Shown here: positions 50,863 through 61,166 of the stretch, piece after piece
Layout: each line of letters begins with the position of its first letter
Position numbering within the stretch: the stretch's first letter is position 1
Assembly: GCA_964408415.1 (NCBI GenBank)
Contig: CAYOZH010000001.1
Location: 47,256-111,255 of the forward strand
DNA length: 64,000 nucleotides
Origin: an uncultured Gammaproteobacteria bacterium
GTDB lineage: Bacteria; Patescibacteriota; Microgenomatia; UBA1406; GWC2-37-13
Direction: 5' to 3'
The notes under the pieces: generated by a model
Database searches by the model: none
Told to the model about the DNA's origin: nothing
What the model saw: only the letters and a program-made list of their open reading frames with translations
Program-made: the position numbers and the translations under genes

Positions 50863-51338
50863 AATTTAAACATTTTGGCAATTTTTTTGGTTGAAAATTT
50901 TTTTAACAATGGCGACACAACCTTAACCTCACCACCAATTTCTCTAGCTTGTTTTTTTTTATTTTTTAATTGTTTATCTCCTTGAGTTACAGCAATTATT
51001 TTTGGTTTTATTAATTTTACTAATTCAAAATAGTTTTTATCTGACTTAAATAATGGTATTTTAATTATTAAATCAACAAAACTTAAACTAGCTAAAATCT
51101 CTGCCCTTTGTTGTTGATTGTGAATTGGTTGTTGTCTTTTGTATTTTTTAATGTACTGGTCTGACTCTAAAATCACTATTAAAAAATCTCCTTGTTTTTT
51201 TGCTTTTTCTAAAAACTTTAAATGACCATAATGAAAAATATCAAAACAACCGCCAACTAAAACAATGTTTTTATTTTTCAAAAAATCTAAATATTTTTTA
51301 ATTTCTTGATAAGAAATGATTTTTAATATGTTTTTCAC
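50859..51338 (-). CDS. cytidylyltransferase-family nucleotidyltransferase (HxGH; RfaE-II/TagD/RibL-like)
   Basis: GGCFDIFHYGHLKFL signature. 159 aa. Confidence 0.7.
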   Translation of the reverse strand: MKNILKIISYQEIKKYLDFLKNKNIVLVGGCFDIFHYGHLKFLEKAKKQGDFLIVILESDQYIKKYKRQQPIHNQQQRAEILASLSFVDLIIKIPLFKSDKNYFELVKLIKPKIIAVTQGDKQLKNKKKQAREIGGEVKVVSPLLKKFSTKKIAKMFKL

Positions 51339-51358
51339 AGTATAATTATACTATTAAT

Positions 51359-53605
51359 ATGAAATTAAAAACCGAAATCTTAAATATTTATCAAAAAGCT
51401 TTAATCATCTCGCAAAAACATTATTCTTTTATTGATATTTTAAAATCTCATTTTAAAAAATATTCTGTTGAACCATTTTTTTCCTCTGTGGAACCAAAAT
51501 CCTTTAAGATTTTTGATTATGTTTTTGTTATTGATAACTATCTTTCAAAAATAAAATTAGAAAAATACTCAAATAAAAAATATGTTTTTATCTTTATTAA
51601 CAAAAAAATTCCTGAAAATTTATTTAATAATGAAAATATTAAGATAATTAAACTCAATCATCATGCTGTTAATGAAAATGAAATTGACAGGATTCTTTGG
51701 TTTATATTTTCCCAATCAAAAGAAAAATTTTTAAAAATAGATAATATAAAACCAAAAGAAAAAATCAAAGAAAATTTTTTTCCAAAAATAATTTTTTTTA
51801 ATAAAAAAAACTTACTAAATATCCTAGTTTTGTTAATATTAATAATTCATCTGATTTTCTTACCTTTTTTATTAATTTCTTATTTTTTTAATTATTTATC
51901 AATCAAAGAATTTAAAAAAGAAAATATAAATAAAACAACAGAATATTTATCACAAGGAAAAAAGTTTTTTAATTTATCAAAAAATTTTTATCAAATCGTT
52001 GATCAAAATTATAAATTATTTGGAATATCTACCTTACCACAAAATTTGATTGATATTAATCAAGCAACAATAAAAATTATTGAAGAAAGTACGAATAGTT
52101 TAAATAACTTAAAAAAAATTCAACAACTTGTTTTTATAAAAAACAAATCAATTGAAGAAAAAAATGATCTTAAATTAAGATTAAAAAATCTCGATAATTC
52201 AATAGGTGTTATTAACGAAAACATTGAAATTGTTTATCAAAAATTAGATTTTCCTTTTGAGCCGATTAAGAAAATTAAAAAAAATCTTTTTGAAATTAAA
52301 GATCTTCTTTCAAAGTCAATATCAATTTATAAATATTTTCAAAAAATTATTAGTCAAGAAAAAACTTCAAAATATTTGCTTTTATTTGCTAATAACATGG
52401 AATTAAGACCTGGCGGTGGTTTTTTAGGATCATTTGCAATATTGGACATTGGTAATTACGAAGTTAGTCAATTAAAAATCTATGACGTTTATGATGCCGA
52501 TGGTCAATTAACTGCACATATCGATCCCCCAAAACCTCTTGAAAAATACCTTAATATTCCTCATTGGTTTTTACGAGATTCAAACTTTTCTCCTGATTTT
52601 ATAGAAAATTATCAAAAAGCCCTTTTTTTTCTTGAAAAAGAAATGAATTTTACTGATTTTGATGGTGGAATTTTATTAACAACAACAACAATTGAAAATA
52701 TTTTATCTGCTTTTAATAATATTTATCTTCCTGATTATAAAGAATATATTAACTCAAAAAATTTTTATCTTAAAACTCAACTTTATGTCGAAAAAAATTT
52801 TTTTCCAGGATCAACTCAAAAACAAACATTTTTATCAAAATTAGTCAATCAAATTATCATTAACTTAGATCAAGCATCTTTTTTGAATTTAATTCAAGCA
52901 ATAAAAACATCTTTTGATGAAAAACAATTAGTTGTTTATTTTAATGATGACAATATACAAAGGCTTTTTGATTCTTTATTTTGGTCTGGTCGATTAATTG
53001 AACCAAAATGTCTTATTAATCAAGAAAATTGTATTGTTGATTATATCTTTCCTTATGATGCTAATGTTGGTGCTAATAAAGCAAATTTTTTTGTTAATAA
53101 ATTTTATTATTTAAAAACTAATATTGATTCTTCATCAAGTCTATATCATTTATTAACTATTAAATATGAAAATAATTCTCCTTCAGAAATTTTTCCTACT
53201 GGTTATTTTCGAAACTATTTTCAAATCCTTTTACCAAGAAATGTTTTAATAAAATCAATTACTAAAGACGGTGTTTTAGTTGAAAACTATGATGAAAAAA
53301 ATGATATTTTTAAATTAATTGGTTTTTATTTTGAAATTCCTCCAAAAAAAACAACCGAAATAAAAATAAATTATCAATTAAAACAACCAATTTTTAATGG
53401 AAATCAAATCTATCAAATGATTTTTCAAAAACAAATTGGCGCTAAAAATAACGATTTAATTTTAGATTTTGAATTTAATAAAAATATCAGCTTAATCAAT
53501 CAAAACTTTTCCCCTCTTGTCAAAAACAATCAGATTATTTATAATAGTACTTTAACAACAGATAAAATTTTTTTAATAGAAATTAAAAATAATCAAAATC
53601 TATGA
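51359..53605 (+). CDS. DUF4012-like large secreted/membrane-anchored protein
   Basis: 748 aa with an internal TM helix and NNMELRPGGGFLGSFAILD, a motif recalled from DUF4012. Confidence 0.55.
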   Translation: MKLKTEILNIYQKALIISQKHYSFIDILKSHFKKYSVEPFFSSVEPKSFKIFDYVFVIDNYLSKIKLEKYSNKKYVFIFINKKIPENLFNNENIKIIKLNHHAVNENEIDRILWFIFSQSKEKFLKIDNIKPKEKIKENFFPKIIFFNKKNLLNILVLLILIIHLIFLPFLLISYFFNYLSIKEFKKENINKTTEYLSQGKKFFNLSKNFYQIVDQNYKLFGISTLPQNLIDINQATIKIIEESTNSLNNLKKIQQLVFIKNKSIEEKNDLKLRLKNLDNSIGVINENIEIVYQKLDFPFEPIKKIKKNLFEIKDLLSKSISIYKYFQKIISQEKTSKYLLLFANNMELRPGGGFLGSFAILDIGNYEVSQLKIYDVYDADGQLTAHIDPPKPLEKYLNIPHWFLRDSNFSPDFIENYQKALFFLEKEMNFTDFDGGILLTTTTIENILSAFNNIYLPDYKEYINSKNFYLKTQLYVEKNFFPGSTQKQTFLSKLVNQIIINLDQASFLNLIQAIKTSFDEKQLVVYFNDDNIQRLFDSLFWSGRLIEPKCLINQENCIVDYIFPYDANVGANKANFFVNKFYYLKTNIDSSSSLYHLLTIKYENNSPSEIFPTGYFRNYFQILLPRNVLIKSITKDGVLVENYDEKNDIFKLIGFYFEIPPKKTTEIKINYQLKQPIFNGNQIYQMIFQKQIGAKNNDLILDFEFNKNISLINQNFSPLVKNNQIIYNSTLTTDKIFLIEIKNNQNL

Positions 53606-54300
53606 AAAACAAATCTCAAGAAAAAATCACTCTCTCAGCTGAAATTAGAAATTTAGTTGGTAAAAAAGCTAAAAAACTAAGAAAACAAGGTCTTATTTTA
53701 TCTAATATCTTTGGTCAAGACTTTAAATCTCAAGCAATTAGTGTTAACTATAAAGATTTTTTAAAAGTTTATAAAATTGCCAAAGAAACCGGTATTATTT
53801 ATCTTCAATTAGAGAAAAAAGAAATTCCAGTTCTTATAAAAAATATTCAAAAACATCCGGTAACTAATGAGATTATTCATGTCGATTTTAGAAAAATTGA
53901 TTTGAAGAAAAAAATTGAAACTGAAGTGCCAATAAAAACAATTGGCGAATCTGAGGCAGTAACTCAAAAAGGTGGAGTTTTGTTAATCCAATCTGATCAT
54001 CTTTTAATTGAAGCTCTGCCTGAAGATATTCCTCAAGAAATTGAGATTGATATTAGTATCATAAAAGACATTGGTCAAGAAATTAAAGTTGCAGATCTTC
54101 CAAAATCAGATAAATATGAAATAAAAACACCGTTGGAAAAAGTATTAGTTTCTGTCATTGCTCATAAAGAAGAAAGCGTCGCTCCAGAGACAACTACAGT
54201 TGCTCCGGAATTAATTGAAAAAGAAAAACCTGAAGAAAAAAAAGAAGAACAAAAATCAGAATCAAGCAATCAAACTGCTGATTCCTCACAAAAACAATAA
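53602..54300 (+). CDS. rplY: 50S ribosomal protein L25/Ctc
   Basis: N-terminal L25 fold (LSAEIRNLVGKKAKKLRKQGLILSNIFG), the Ctc C-terminal domain and an acidic tail. Confidence 0.85.
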   Translation: MKNKSQEKITLSAEIRNLVGKKAKKLRKQGLILSNIFGQDFKSQAISVNYKDFLKVYKIAKETGIIYLQLEKKEIPVLIKNIQKHPVTNEIIHVDFRKIDLKKKIETEVPIKTIGESEAVTQKGGVLLIQSDHLLIEALPEDIPQEIEIDISIIKDIGQEIKVADLPKSDKYEIKTPLEKVLVSVIAHKEESVAPETTTVAPELIEKEKPEEKKEEQKSESSNQTADSSQKQ

Positions 54301-54320
54301 AAATTTGATAAAATCAACAT

Positions 54321-55334
54321 ATGACAATAATTAAATCAGAATTTACTTTGGCATTAAATCAAGTTGCCTCAGAAAGAGGTATCTCTCCTGATGATGTTAT
54401 TGCTTCAATTGAAGCAGCAGTAATTGCTGCTTATAAAAAAGAGTATCCAGAAGAAGCAAAAAACACTAATATTATTGCTAAAGTCAATAAAGAAACTGGT
54501 GAAACTGTAATTTTAAAAGATGGTAAAAATATTACTCCTCCTGGATTTGGAAGAATTGCCGCTCAAACTGCTAAACAAGTAATTTTACAAAAAATAAGAG
54601 AGGTTGAGAAAAAAACTATTGCTTCAAACTACAAATCTCAAATTGGAAAAATAATTAAAGGAAGAATTATTCGTTATGACGGACATAACGTCTATCTTGA
54701 TATTGGAAAAGCTGAAGCTCTTTTACCAAAAGAAGAACAAATTAAAAATGAACGCTATCAAATTAATAACAGTTTAATTGTTTATTTAAAATCAATTGAA
54801 AACGACAAATTTGGTAATCCTCGAATTATTGTCTCTCGATCACACCCAAATTTAATTTTAGAGCTTTTTAAACGTGAAGTTCCTGAAGTAGCTAATGAAA
54901 ATGTTATCATAAAAAAAGTTGTCAGAGAACCAGGAGAAAGAGCAAAAATTGCTGTCTTTTCCTCGATTGGTGGTATTGATCCAGTTGGTGCTTGTGTTGG
55001 TCAAAAAGGTGTTAGAGTGCAAACAGTTACTGATGAACTTGGAGGAAATGAAAAAATCGATGTGATTCAATGGAGTCAAGATAAAAAACAATTTTTAATT
55101 GCCGCATTATCACCTGCTAAAATCCAATCAATAGAGCTTGATCAAAAAAATACAAAAGCCAAAGTATTTGTTGATGAAATTCAAGCACCTTTAGCAATTG
55201 GAAAAAATGGAGTTAATGTCAATCTTGCTTCTGAATTAACAGGTTTAAATATTGATATTATTCAAGTGAAATCAACTGAAAATTCTCAATCAAAACAAGA
55301 AATTTCAGAACAATCTCAACAAAATAACAAATAA
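54321..55334 (+). CDS. nusA: transcription termination/antitermination factor NusA
   Basis: N-terminal domain, S1 (GKIIKGRIIRYDGHNVYLDIG) and two KH domains (IDPVGACVGQKGVRV; AIGKNGVNV). Confidence 0.92.
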   Translation: MTIIKSEFTLALNQVASERGISPDDVIASIEAAVIAAYKKEYPEEAKNTNIIAKVNKETGETVILKDGKNITPPGFGRIAAQTAKQVILQKIREVEKKTIASNYKSQIGKIIKGRIIRYDGHNVYLDIGKAEALLPKEEQIKNERYQINNSLIVYLKSIENDKFGNPRIIVSRSHPNLILELFKREVPEVANENVIIKKVVREPGERAKIAVFSSIGGIDPVGACVGQKGVRVQTVTDELGGNEKIDVIQWSQDKKQFLIAALSPAKIQSIELDQKNTKAKVFVDEIQAPLAIGKNGVNVNLASELTGLNIDIIQVKSTENSQSKQEISEQSQQNNK

Positions 55335-55364
55335 TTTATTATAATTGAAATATTTATTAATTTT

Positions 55365-55418
55365 TCCGCCAGCTGGCAGATTTGATTTTTAATTTTTAAT
55401 TTTTAACTTTTGATTTTT
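55365..55418. repeat. palindrome family A copy (TCCGCCAGCTGGCAGA) plus T-heptad array upstream of infB
   Basis: Core at 55365-55380, followed by TTTGATTTTTAATTTTTAATTTTTAACTTTTGATTTTT up to the infB ATG. Confidence 0.8.
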
Positions 55419-56870
55419 ATGCGTCCCCCTGTTGTTACTATTTTAGGTCATGTTGATCACGGAAAAACCACTCTTTTAGATTATATTAGAAAATCAAATA
55501 TTACTGATAAAGAGTACGGAGGAATTACTCAAAAAATCGGCGCTTATGAGATCGCTACTTCTTTTAAAGATTATAAAACCAACAAAATTACCTTTATTGA
55601 TACTCCAGGTCATGAAGCTTTTTCAAAACTTCGCTCACGTGGAGCAAATGTAGCTGATATCGCTATTTTATTAATAGATGGCAAAGACTCAGTAATGCCT
55701 CAAACAATTGAATCAATCTCCCATATTAAAAATGCAAAAATTCCTTTTATTGTTGCTATAAATAAAATCGATCTTCCTGAAGTTGATATTGAAAAAGTAA
55801 AAAATGATCTTTTAAAATATGAAGTTTTAGTTGAAGGAAAAGGTGGTCAAATCCCAGTTTGTCCTATCTCAGCAAAAACTGGCCAAGGAGTAAAAGAACT
55901 TTTAGAAACAATTCTTTTTATCGCTTCTGATTTAAATATTCAATATGATATTAACTCTCCGGTTGAAGCTTATATTATCGAAACAAAAAAAGATCGCCGA
56001 GGTATTGTTGTTTCCTCAATTATCAAAAACGGTAAAATCAAAGTTGGTGATATTTTATATAATAATGAAAAGAAAATCAAAGTTCGCTCTCTTATAAATG
56101 ATCAAGGAAAAAGCATTAATGAGGTTGTTCCATCAATGCCTTTTGAAATTTTAGGTTTTGATTTTTTACCTGAAGTTGGTACAATGATAACTAGCGAAAT
56201 CAAAACTCAAGGTCAAAAAGAAGATACAAATAAAATTAATCAACAAAAATCTAACTTTAATCTTGAAGCAATTCTTGAAACTCCAAAACAAGAAAAAAAA
56301 TTATCAATAATTATCAAAACCGACTCTCAAGGAAGTCTTGAAGCAATTGAAGAGTCAATAAAAAATATTCCTAATATTGAAATTGCCTTAAAAGCAGTTG
56401 GTGAAATCAGTAAATCAGATATTTTTTTAGCAAAAACAACCAAGTCAATAATTTTAGGCTTTAATACCAAGCCAAACCTTGAAGCAGAAAATTTAGCCAA
56501 ACAAGAAAAAATCATTATTAAAACCTACAACATCATTTATGAATTATTAGATGAAATAAGCGAAGTTGCCTCACTTTTAAAAGAAAAAGAAGAAAAAGAA
56601 AAAAATCTTAAAGGAGAAGCAAAAATTTTAGCCACTTTTATCATTGAAAAAGAAACTGTTTATGGTGTAAAAGTAACAAAAGGAAAAATCAATCTTGCTG
56701 ATCCAATTGAAATATATCGAGATAATAAACTTATAGGAAAAACTAAACTGGTATCTTTAAAAATTCGAGCGAAATCTGTTAACGAAGTAAAAAAAGACCA
56801 AGAAGCAGGGATGATGTTTTATCCTCTACTTGACATTAAGGTAGGTGATGTGGTAAAATCTATCCTATAA
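55419..56870 (+). CDS. infB: translation initiation factor IF-2, minimal form starting at the G domain
   Basis: Starts [21 protein letters not shown], with DTPGHEAF and NKID. 483 aa with no N-terminal region. The ATG at 55419 is preferred over the track's TTG. Confidence 0.9.
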   Translation: MRPPVVTILGHVDHGKTTLLDYIRKSNITDKEYGGITQKIGAYEIATSFKDYKTNKITFIDTPGHEAFSKLRSRGANVADIAILLIDGKDSVMPQTIESISHIKNAKIPFIVAINKIDLPEVDIEKVKNDLLKYEVLVEGKGGQIPVCPISAKTGQGVKELLETILFIASDLNIQYDINSPVEAYIIETKKDRRGIVVSSIIKNGKIKVGDILYNNEKKIKVRSLINDQGKSINEVVPSMPFEILGFDFLPEVGTMITSEIKTQGQKEDTNKINQQKSNFNLEAILETPKQEKKLSIIIKTDSQGSLEAIEESIKNIPNIEIALKAVGEISKSDIFLAKTTKSIILGFNTKPNLEAENLAKQEKIIIKTYNIIYELLDEISEVASLLKEKEEKEKNLKGEAKILATFIIEKETVYGVKVTKGKINLADPIEIYRDNKLIGKTKLVSLKIRAKSVNEVKKDQEAGMMFYPLLDIKVGDVVKSIL

Positions 56871-56871
56871 T

Positions 56872-57819
56872 ATGAACAATCACACCAACACCTTAAATAG
56901 AATTATTGAAATTCTAAATAAAGGTAATTCCGGAGTCATTCTTATCCCTCAAAATCCAACTGTTGATTCTGTTGCGGCGGCTACTTCTTTATATCTTGGC
57001 TTAAACAAAGCAGGAAAAAATGTTTCTTTAGCATCATCTAATAAAGTTGATTTTGATCTTGTTGCTGCTGATAAATTTAAAAATATTATTGCCGCTGAAG
57101 GTGACTCATTAATGATCTCTTTTCCTTATACTGATGGCTCGATTGATAAAGTGGATTATAATATCAAAGGAGAAAATTTTAATTTAATCATCACTCCTCG
57201 ACCAGGTTATCCAAAACTTAATCCAAATCAAGTTAAGTTTTCTTACACTGGTGGATCAATTGATTTTTTTATTATTATTGATGCGCCAACTTTAAATAGT
57301 TTGGGTGAAATTTACACTGATAATCAAAGTCTTTTTGCCGGAAAAGATATTATTAATATTGACAGACATCTAACCAATGCTTATTTTGGTACTGTTAATT
57401 TTGTTGAAAAAACTATTTCTTCTATATCAGAATTGATTCTTAGAATACTTCAAACTCTAAAAATTGAGATTGATAAAGATATGGCAACTAATCTTTATGC
57501 CGGTATTGCCACCTCAACCAACAATTTTACCTCTTATTCAACCAATGCTAATACTTTTGAAAATATTGCTACCTTACTTAGACTAGGAGCAATAAAAAAA
57601 ATAGTTAAAAAACCAGAGGTCAATAAAACTTTTCCTGGATTTGTTCCTCCAGCTACCAAACCTATAAGACCAAGCTTTTCTTCAACTCCTGAAACTCAAC
57701 CCATTACTCCAATTGAACAAATTGAAAAAGAAAAAACACCAACTGATCAAAATTTTGAAGAAAAAAAACCTCAAGATATTTTAAAACCAAAAATCTTTAA
57801 CAATGGCAATCTTATTTAA
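56872..57819 (+). CDS. DHH-family-like protein with degenerate catalytic motifs
   Basis: NrnA-like layout, but motif I reads QNPTVDS and DHH reads DRH. The DHHA1 GGGH region is replaced by a Pro-rich tail. Confidence 0.55.
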   Translation: MNNHTNTLNRIIEILNKGNSGVILIPQNPTVDSVAAATSLYLGLNKAGKNVSLASSNKVDFDLVAADKFKNIIAAEGDSLMISFPYTDGSIDKVDYNIKGENFNLIITPRPGYPKLNPNQVKFSYTGGSIDFFIIIDAPTLNSLGEIYTDNQSLFAGKDIINIDRHLTNAYFGTVNFVEKTISSISELILRILQTLKIEIDKDMATNLYAGIATSTNNFTSYSTNANTFENIATLLRLGAIKKIVKKPEVNKTFPGFVPPATKPIRPSFSSTPETQPITPIEQIEKEKTPTDQNFEEKKPQDILKPKIFNNGNLI

Positions 57820-58861
57820 GGAGTGGTTGTTGAGTTGATGATGACTCCTCTAATTTTATCTTATCAATTGTTCGCAGTAATTGATTGGTCCTGGTTGAAT
57901 TAACTAAATTATATTGTTTTGTTAAAGACTCAATTCTCTCGCCAATTTTTAAAAATTCTTCATTATATTTTGAAAACTCTATCTCAAAATTTTTAATATA
58001 AGTGATAATTTTTTGAACATTTTTTTGATAACGAAAATTATCATAAGCTTGACGAACCAATCTTAAAATTGCGGTAAAACTAAATGGTCCAGCTAAAATC
58101 ACTTTTTGTTTTATCGCCTCAACCCAAAGATCGTTCATCTTTTCATAAATATAAGAAAAAATCATCTCATTGGGAATAAAAAGCACAACAAAATCAACAG
58201 TATTATCATCTGGATTAATATATTCGCGTGTTGATACTTGTTTTATCTTTTCTCTTACATCTTTTTCAAACTCTTTTTCTAATTCTTTTTTTGTTGCTTG
58301 ATCTTCAGTCTCAGCCATTTTTTGTAAATTTTGATATGGAAATTTAACATCAACATTAATTTTTGTTTTATTAGGAAGATAAATAACAAAATCTGGTCGA
58401 GTACCTGATGATTTTTGCTCCTTATTAAAATCATAATCAACACCTCTAACAAATCCGCTCATCTTTAAAAGATTTTCCGCTACTTGCTCGCCAAATTGAC
58501 CTCTCATTTGATTATTTGACAAAACTCTTTTGAAACTCTCTGTTGTCGCCCGTAATTGTTCGGTAATCGATAATTGATTATCAATTGCTTCTTTTAATCT
58601 TGAAAAAGAGCTGATTCTGTCTTTATCACTTTTTTCTAATTTTTCCTCTGTTTCTTTGACTAATTGTTTTATCTCCTTAAAAATATTTTCAATTGCTTGC
58701 TTTTTATTGTCCAAATCAGTTTTTATCTCTTGTTTTTCTGAGCCTAATTTTTCTTTAGCAATATTTAAAAACTGTTCTAAAAATTTTGGCAAGAAAAAAG
58801 TAATGATAAAATAAGCAACAACAATTCCAACCCCAAGACCAATTAAAATCGAAGATAACAT
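57812..58861 (-). CDS. rmuC: DNA recombination protein RmuC
   Basis: N-terminal TM, a long coiled coil and the RmuC nuclease-like C-terminus (RPDFVIYLPN...VDVKFP). Confidence 0.85.
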   Translation of the reverse strand: MLSSILIGLGVGIVVAYFIITFFLPKFLEQFLNIAKEKLGSEKQEIKTDLDNKKQAIENIFKEIKQLVKETEEKLEKSDKDRISSFSRLKEAIDNQLSITEQLRATTESFKRVLSNNQMRGQFGEQVAENLLKMSGFVRGVDYDFNKEQKSSGTRPDFVIYLPNKTKINVDVKFPYQNLQKMAETEDQATKKELEKEFEKDVREKIKQVSTREYINPDDNTVDFVVLFIPNEMIFSYIYEKMNDLWVEAIKQKVILAGPFSFTAILRLVRQAYDNFRYQKNVQKIITYIKNFEIEFSKYNEEFLKIGERIESLTKQYNLVNSTRTNQLLRTIDKIKLEESSSTQQPLLK

Positions 58862-58897
58862 ACAATCTTTATTATAACATTTTGTTAAAATTAAAAA

Positions 58898-60748
58898 ATG
58901 AAAATTAAAGTTAATAAAAAAATAACTATTGAAGACAAAATTAATAATGAAAAAATTATCAATATTCTTTTAGAAAATCGAAAAATCAAAGACTTTAAAA
59001 ATTTTTTAAATCCTCTTCATCCTTTAAATATTTCCTTATTTGATTTTGATGAAAAATATAAAAATAACTTTTCAAAAGTTATAGAGATTTTAAAAACAAT
59101 TAAAAAAAATCAGCAAAAAATTGTTGTTTATACTGATTATGATGCTGATGGTATCACTGGAGGGGCAATTATGTGGGAAACTTTATATCTACTTGGTTTT
59201 GATGTTATGCCATATGTACCAGATCGAATTAAAGAAGGTTATGGATTTTCGATTAAAGGAATCAACAATGTCATCGAAAAATTTAATCCCGCTCTTATCA
59301 TAAGCGTTGATCATGGAATTACAAAAATTGAAGAAGTTAATTACGCCAAAAGTAAAAATATCAAAATAATTATTACTGATCATCATTTAAAAGCAGAAGA
59401 TACACCAAAAGCTGAGGCAATTTTTCATATTCCCGGACTTTCAGGAAGTGGTGTTGCTTATTTTTTTGCTAAAGAAGTTTTTAATCATTTCTATAAATAT
59501 ATACAAAGTAGAAGAAACTCTAAGGTTGATAAGCAAATCGGAAAAACTTCGGAGATTAAAAAACTAAATAAAAACTTTCAAATCGACTATCTGGCTCTAG
59601 CTTCAATTGGTACAATTGCTGATCTGGTTCCTTTAGTTGGACCATCTCGCTCAATTGTTAAATATGGTCTTGAAATATTTTCTCAAGTTAAAAGATTTGG
59701 TATTCGTCATCTTTTAAAAGAAGCTGGAATTGAAAATAAAAAAATTACCCCTCATGAGGTAGGTTTTATAATTGCTCCTCGCATTAATGCTGTTGGAAGA
59801 CTACAAACTGGCCTTGATGCTTTGCGACTTTTATGTACAAATAATCAGCAAAAGGCCGAAAAACTGGCTTTTTATATTGGAAAAATCAATCGCGAAAGAC
59901 AAGATTTAGTTGAAAAATCTGTTAATGAGGCTAAATTAATTCTTTTTAAAAAAGCGAAGAAGACAAATTTTTTTACGATCACTGACATCGAAGAGAAAAT
60001 TTTAGAAAAAGAGTTTTTTGCATTGACAACTAATAAAAATTTGTCTTCAAGCAATCTTCAAATTCCCAAAATAATCATTTTTATTTCAGATTGTTGGCAT
60101 GAAGGAATTATTGGTTTAATTGCCTCAAAAATTGCCGATGAATTTTATCGACCAACAATTGTTTTGACAAAATCAGATAGCCATTATAAAGCCTCAGCTC
60201 GGTCAATAAAAGATTTTCATATTACTAATTTTTTGCGCAGTTTAAAAGATTATCTTATTGAAGTCGGCGGTCATGAGCAAGCTGCTGGTTTTTCAATTGA
60301 AGAAAAAAATCTTGAAAATTTTGTTAAAGAAGCTTTAAATAAAGCCGATACTGAAATAAAAAATGAAATTTTAGAAAAAACTTATTTTGCTGATTTGCAA
60401 ATTCCAGTTTCTTTTATCAATCTTGATTTAATTAAAAAAATTGAATCTTTATCACCATTTGGTATTGGCAATCCTCAACCAATCTTTTATACTGAGGCGA
60501 TTTTATCTGATGCAAAAATCTTTGGTAAAAAAAACGAACACTTAAAAATCTTTATTGAAGATGAAAACAATGTTACACGTTCTAAGTTCCACCTTACACA
60601 ATTAGAATTACTCGCTTTCAACCAATCATCTCTTTTCCACCATCTCTCCCGCCACCAACCAATTAAAGTTCTTTATACCTTAGAAATCGATCGCTGGAGA
60701 GAAAAAGAAAAAGTAAGGGGGAGAGTGATAAAAATTGTTAATTCTTAA
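58898..60748 (+). CDS. recJ: single-stranded-DNA-specific exonuclease RecJ
   Basis: DHH motifs (YTDYDADGITG, SVDHG, ITDHH) and DHHA1 (GGHEQAAG). Confidence 0.9.
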   Translation: MKIKVNKKITIEDKINNEKIINILLENRKIKDFKNFLNPLHPLNISLFDFDEKYKNNFSKVIEILKTIKKNQQKIVVYTDYDADGITGGAIMWETLYLLGFDVMPYVPDRIKEGYGFSIKGINNVIEKFNPALIISVDHGITKIEEVNYAKSKNIKIIITDHHLKAEDTPKAEAIFHIPGLSGSGVAYFFAKEVFNHFYKYIQSRRNSKVDKQIGKTSEIKKLNKNFQIDYLALASIGTIADLVPLVGPSRSIVKYGLEIFSQVKRFGIRHLLKEAGIENKKITPHEVGFIIAPRINAVGRLQTGLDALRLLCTNNQQKAEKLAFYIGKINRERQDLVEKSVNEAKLILFKKAKKTNFFTITDIEEKILEKEFFALTTNKNLSSSNLQIPKIIIFISDCWHEGIIGLIASKIADEFYRPTIVLTKSDSHYKASARSIKDFHITNFLRSLKDYLIEVGGHEQAAGFSIEEKNLENFVKEALNKADTEIKNEILEKTYFADLQIPVSFINLDLIKKIESLSPFGIGNPQPIFYTEAILSDAKIFGKKNEHLKIFIEDENNVTRSKFHLTQLELLAFNQSSLFHHLSRHQPIKVLYTLEIDRWREKEKVRGRVIKIVNS

Positions 60749-60772
60749 TTTATAATACTTTATTGATAAAAA

Positions 60773-61126
60773 TTAATAATCACTTACACCTCTTGATAAT
60801 AATCTTTTAAAATTAGTGTAAAAAACAGAAAAAGGAGTTTTTCTTATATTTGAATCAAAAGAAATTAATTCATAAGGCAAACCTGTTCCTTCAAGAATAC
60901 AAAATGCAACAGAATGATGTCCATCAAAAACAATTACATCTCCTGTTTCTGAATCTTGCATTAAAATCGCTCTTCTATTGCCTGAATCTATAGCTCTTAA
61001 AATACTTTCTTGATTTACAGCACCAATTTGACTTGAAAAAAGCTTTCTTCTTTTAAAATAACTTTTGGGGTAAAAAACACCTTCTTGTGGTAATAGTTCT
61101 ACTTGTTGTTTACTATGTTCTTTCAT
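60773..61126 (-). CDS. hypothetical protein, possible ParB/sulfiredoxin-like fold
   Basis: 117 aa. ILRAIDSGNRRAILMQDSETGDVIVFDGHHSVAF resembles the ParB N-terminal DGHHR region. Weak assignment. Confidence 0.35.
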   Translation of the reverse strand: MKEHSKQQVELLPQEGVFYPKSYFKRRKLFSSQIGAVNQESILRAIDSGNRRAILMQDSETGDVIVFDGHHSVAFCILEGTGLPYELISFDSNIRKTPFSVFYTNFKRLLSRGVSDY

Positions 61127-61166
61127 AATTTATTTTCATAAAAAAACCTCCTTTTTTCAAGAGGGT

